Origin: Selaginella moellendorffii
Lineage: Eukaryota; Plantae; Lycopodiophyta
NCBI RefSeq assembly: GCF_000143415.4
Contig: NW_003314303.1
Location: 1,053,322-1,117,321, forward strand
DNA: 64,000 bases
Direction: 5' to 3'
The position numbers and the translations under genes are program-made. Positions 60,523 to 64,000 of this stretch are shown here, one piece after another. Below the pieces are notes generated by a model. The model was not told where the DNA came from, ran no database searches, and saw only the letters and a program-made list of their open reading frames with translations. Position 1 is the first letter of the stretch. Each line of letters opens with the position of its first letter.

Positions 60523-61699
60523 CTCATCCCACTAAGTGTCCAAGGCAAAGAGTTGGAACTCCACAACATAGATCAAGGCAGGACGAGACCTTTGAGAGAG
60601 ACGTCTCATCTTTGTGGTGGCAGCCCGAACTCGATCCATCTTACCAAAACATGCTTCAAGTTTTTTTTTGAACAACTGAAGATCCATCAGCTCCGGAACC
60701 ATGACCCCTTTCATGCTCTTCTCTAGAAGAAGAGAAAACCATGACAAAGCTGCACCTTTGCACAATGTCCCGATCGCGCCAATTTTAGACTTGGGAGTGG
60801 GGTACCGCCGATATTGAACTGCGAAGATCAGCTCCATCTGGTTCAAGAATCCGTGAAGCTTCGAACACTTGCCTGAGAACTTCGCCGGGAAACTCACCTT
60901 CGGTTCAGGAACTCTGCTTTGTCCTTGAGCCAAAAGTGAAGCAAGCTCCTATTGCATGTGAAGAAAGGTCACCTTTAGCTCGGTATTCTCACACTGGATT
61001 TTTGCAAGGACTTCAACAAAGAAATCAGGATGGGTTGGAGACTCCATTGTCAAAGAAGAAAGAAAAAGGGGGAAAACGTCAAAGGCAGTCAAACAATCAA
61101 AACGAGCTAAAGCAAAAGCAAAAACCACAATCTGAATCAAACTGTCAAGACCCCCAACAAGATCAAGACTAGAAAATGCAAAAGACAAAGAGAAAAGCTA
61201 ATGAAAACGAAGAAGAAGCCTTAGACTGATGTTGATTCAGATTGTGGAGAAATGGAATAAGGTTAACCTATATATATTATAGGTTGATGAAACTTCACCA
61301 CTCTTGGATCGAGGACGGCCTAAATATAGTTGAGGTTGAGGAGGCGCCAAGTCATCATCAAGAATGTGGTTCGAGACTCAGGAATCGTACAGGAAATCAG
61401 AGAGTCAGGAATAGGGAAGTGTCTCGAGAGTCAGGAATAGGGAAGTGTCTAAAGAGTCAGGAATATGGTCTATGGGTCAGGAATCCGGCGAGAGTCAGGA
61501 ATGTGGCAAGAATTAGGGGATTCCTGACAGAATGTGTAGGATAGCATTGTGTCAGTCAGGAAGATGATGATGACATGCTGAATTAGAGGCATGAGAGTAA
61601 GTTGCCAGCTCTAATTGCAATAGGGGATGTGCAGAGTGATAGAGATGTGGGAACTTTGCTATATAGAGCTTGAATAGGGTATTCCTTGAGTATCTTAAG

Positions 61700-64000
61700 T
61701 GTCAAGACCCCCAACAAGATCAAGACTAGAAAATGCAAAAGACAAAGAGAAAAGATAGTGAATAACAAAGAAGAGGCCTTAGACTGGTGTTGATTCAGAT
61801 TGTGGAAAAATGGAACAAGGCTAACCTATATATACTATAGGTTGATGAAGCTCCACCACTCTTAGATCGAGGACGGCCTAAATATAGCTGAGGTCGAGGA
61901 GGCGCCACATCATCATCAGGAATTTAGCTCGAGACTCAAGAATCGTACAGGAAGTCAGAGAGTCAGGAATAGGGAAGTGTCTTGAGAGTCAGGAATGTGG
62001 TCTGCAGTCAGGAATCCAGTGAGAGTCAGGAATGTGGCAAGAATTGGGGGATTTCTTATAGCACCCCCTCCTCAAGAACGAGAGGAACGAGGACGTGAAC
62101 GTGAACGAAGAGGAGGATGAGATGAGTGGCAAGGGATGGGAGATGGAGAAAAAGAATGGGGACTGGGATGAGAAGGATAGCGGCGGTGGAAGTCCTGAAC
62201 AAGGTCAGAAGAATGAATCAGGTTGTCTGCAGGTTCCCAAGTGCGTTCCTCATGTCCATAACCCTTCCAATCGACCAGATAGTAGAGTTTAGACCGTGAA
62301 ATCTTGGAATCAAGGATGTCCTGAACCTCGTACTCAGACCCATCCTCGAGCTGCACTGGTGGAGGCGGAGGAATGACCCGATTTGGAATAGGACTGGGAA
62401 TATAAGGCTCAAGGAGAGAGGAGTGAAAAACGGGGTGAATTTGATATGAGGAAGGAAGTGCAAGGTGATAAGTGACAGGATTAATGATGGCAGTGATAGG
62501 GAATGGACCAAGGCATTTGAAATCAAGTTTTGGACAGGGCCTGGTGGTGGAGATATTTCTCCTGAGGAGCTAGACTTTATCCCCGATATTGTAAGGGGGA
62601 CAATCCTGACGATGGATATTGGCAAATGTTTTGTGAGATTCCTGAGCACGATGGAGATGGAAGGAGATGGAGTTGTTGATTTCCTGGAGGTTGGAGACAA
62701 ATGCCTCAGAGCAGAGATTTGAACAAGAGGAGTCGGATGGAGAAGGAAGTGAGAGATTAAATCGAGGATTTCGACCAGAGTTCGCAAAGAAGGGGGAAAC
62801 TTGAAGAGCGGAGTGAATAGAGTTGTTATAGGAGAACTCAACAAGGGGAAGGATATCAAACCAGTTATCCTGATGATAGTTGATGAAGCACCTCAAGAAT
62901 TGTTCTAACGTCTGAATCGTTCACTCGGACTGTCCATCAGTTTGAGGATGATACGCTAAGGAGAGGTTGGCCTTCACTCCTAGCAGTTGCAAAAACCGTT
63001 GCCAGAAATGAGAGATGAACTGAGGTCCCCGATACGAAACCACATCTGCAGAAATCCCATGAAGTTGGAAAATTTCCATGAATACCAGTTTTGCCATGTC
63101 CTCGCCCGAAAACTCCTTGGTACATGGCAGGAAGTGCACCATCTTTGTGAAGCGATCCACCACAACTAAAATGCTATTGAAGCCTCCAGAACTGGGAAGA
63201 TCACTCAAGAAATCCATGGAGATGGATTCCCAAGGACTTGAAGGGACCGGGAGGGATCGAAGCAAACCTGAAGGAAGGTGGCGAGGTACCTTATTCTGAG
63301 CGCAAGTGTCACAGGAGGTAACAAAGGCTTTGATGTAGTCGTCCATGTGAGGCCACCAAAAATCCCGTGCAACCAGCTCATAGGTTTTTGCAATGCCGAA
63401 GTGACCAGCAGTCGGGCTATCGTGGCATGCCATTAGAACCAACCTTCGAGCATCACCTTCAGGAACGTAAAGTTGCTCCCCATGGTACAATAAGCCATCT
63501 AAGAACTCGAACTCGTCAAATCGCCGGCAGTTGGGAGTCACTGGGTGTCCAGCCTGAAGATGGGGGAAAATGTCGTTGGCGAGATCATCTGATTGAAGAT
63601 CGTTTCTGATCGCATCCATCAAGGAGGAGTCCTAAGGGGCTAGGGAAATTGCCATAACTTGAAGCCGATCAGGACCGAGGATAACTTGATCTTGTTGATC
63701 GAAGGCAAGATTACCAGGCCTAAGACTGAGATAGAAGCGCCTTCAAAGAGCATCAGGAAGGCCTTGAAGCTTTCCAGGTCTGTACTTGATAACAAAGTCA
63801 AACCGACTCAGGAATTTTGCCCACCTTGCTTGACGACGGCTCAAAACTCGGGAAGTGGCAAAGTACTCGAGATTTTTGTGATCCATCCAGACCGTTGTTT
63901 GATGGCCTACCCCCTCCAAGAATCGACGCCACTCTCCAAAGGAATCCACAATAGCAAGGAGCTCCTTGTCGTGGATTTCATAATTGATCTCCACCGGCTG
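61700..64000 (-). mobile_element. Second chromovirus copy, 3' part (RNase H-integrase-chromodomain-3' LTR)
   Basis: [61 protein letters not shown]; PPT 62061-62073; LTR 61700-62060. Confidence 0.95.

Larger units (their letters stand above)
37430..61529 (-). mobile_element. Chromovirus (Ty3/gypsy, Tcn1/Tf1-like) expanded to 24 kb by four nested insertions
   Basis: 387-bp LTRs at 61143-61529 (5') and 37430-37816 (3'); gag 60933->59460, protease LLDLGATS ~59290, RT YLDD ~55575, RNase H, integrase 39411->38300, chromodomain ~38100-37950. The host frame rejoins across each insertion. Confidence 0.93.

Overview
Eukaryotic plant DNA, most likely a lycophyte such as Selaginella (inferred from the short-motif PLS-type PPR gene, ~50-bp introns, an aegerolysin and Tcn1-like chromoviruses). 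Most of the window is nested, decaying transposons. A small gene island at 8-18 kb holds an intact intronless phospholipase A1, an aegerolysin-like gene flanked by copia LTRs, and two PPR pseudogene copies, all organised by a large inverted duplication. The main discovery candidate is a 12.5-kb DNA transposon (42435-54906) with 29-bp TIRs and a 4-bp TSD. It has a Sola/DUF7869-like transposase and a divergently transcribed multi-exon cargo gene: ParB-like domain, degenerate amino-methyltransferase-like domain, acidic linker, FCP1-like HAD phosphatase. About 23 copies of a 22-bp palindrome (ATGGCRTGWGGCCWCAYGCCAT) lie along this element and I saw none outside it, suggesting a ParB/parS-like or VANC-like self-recognition system. 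A separate, heavily decayed N4/N6-type methyltransferase relic lies at 5.4-7.7 kb. Other elements: three hAT copies, two Ty3/gypsy families (one apparently self-priming), 5S-rRNA-bearing Cassandra TRIMs, a second TRIM and two solo LTRs with minisatellites. All calls were made by eye; no database searches were run.
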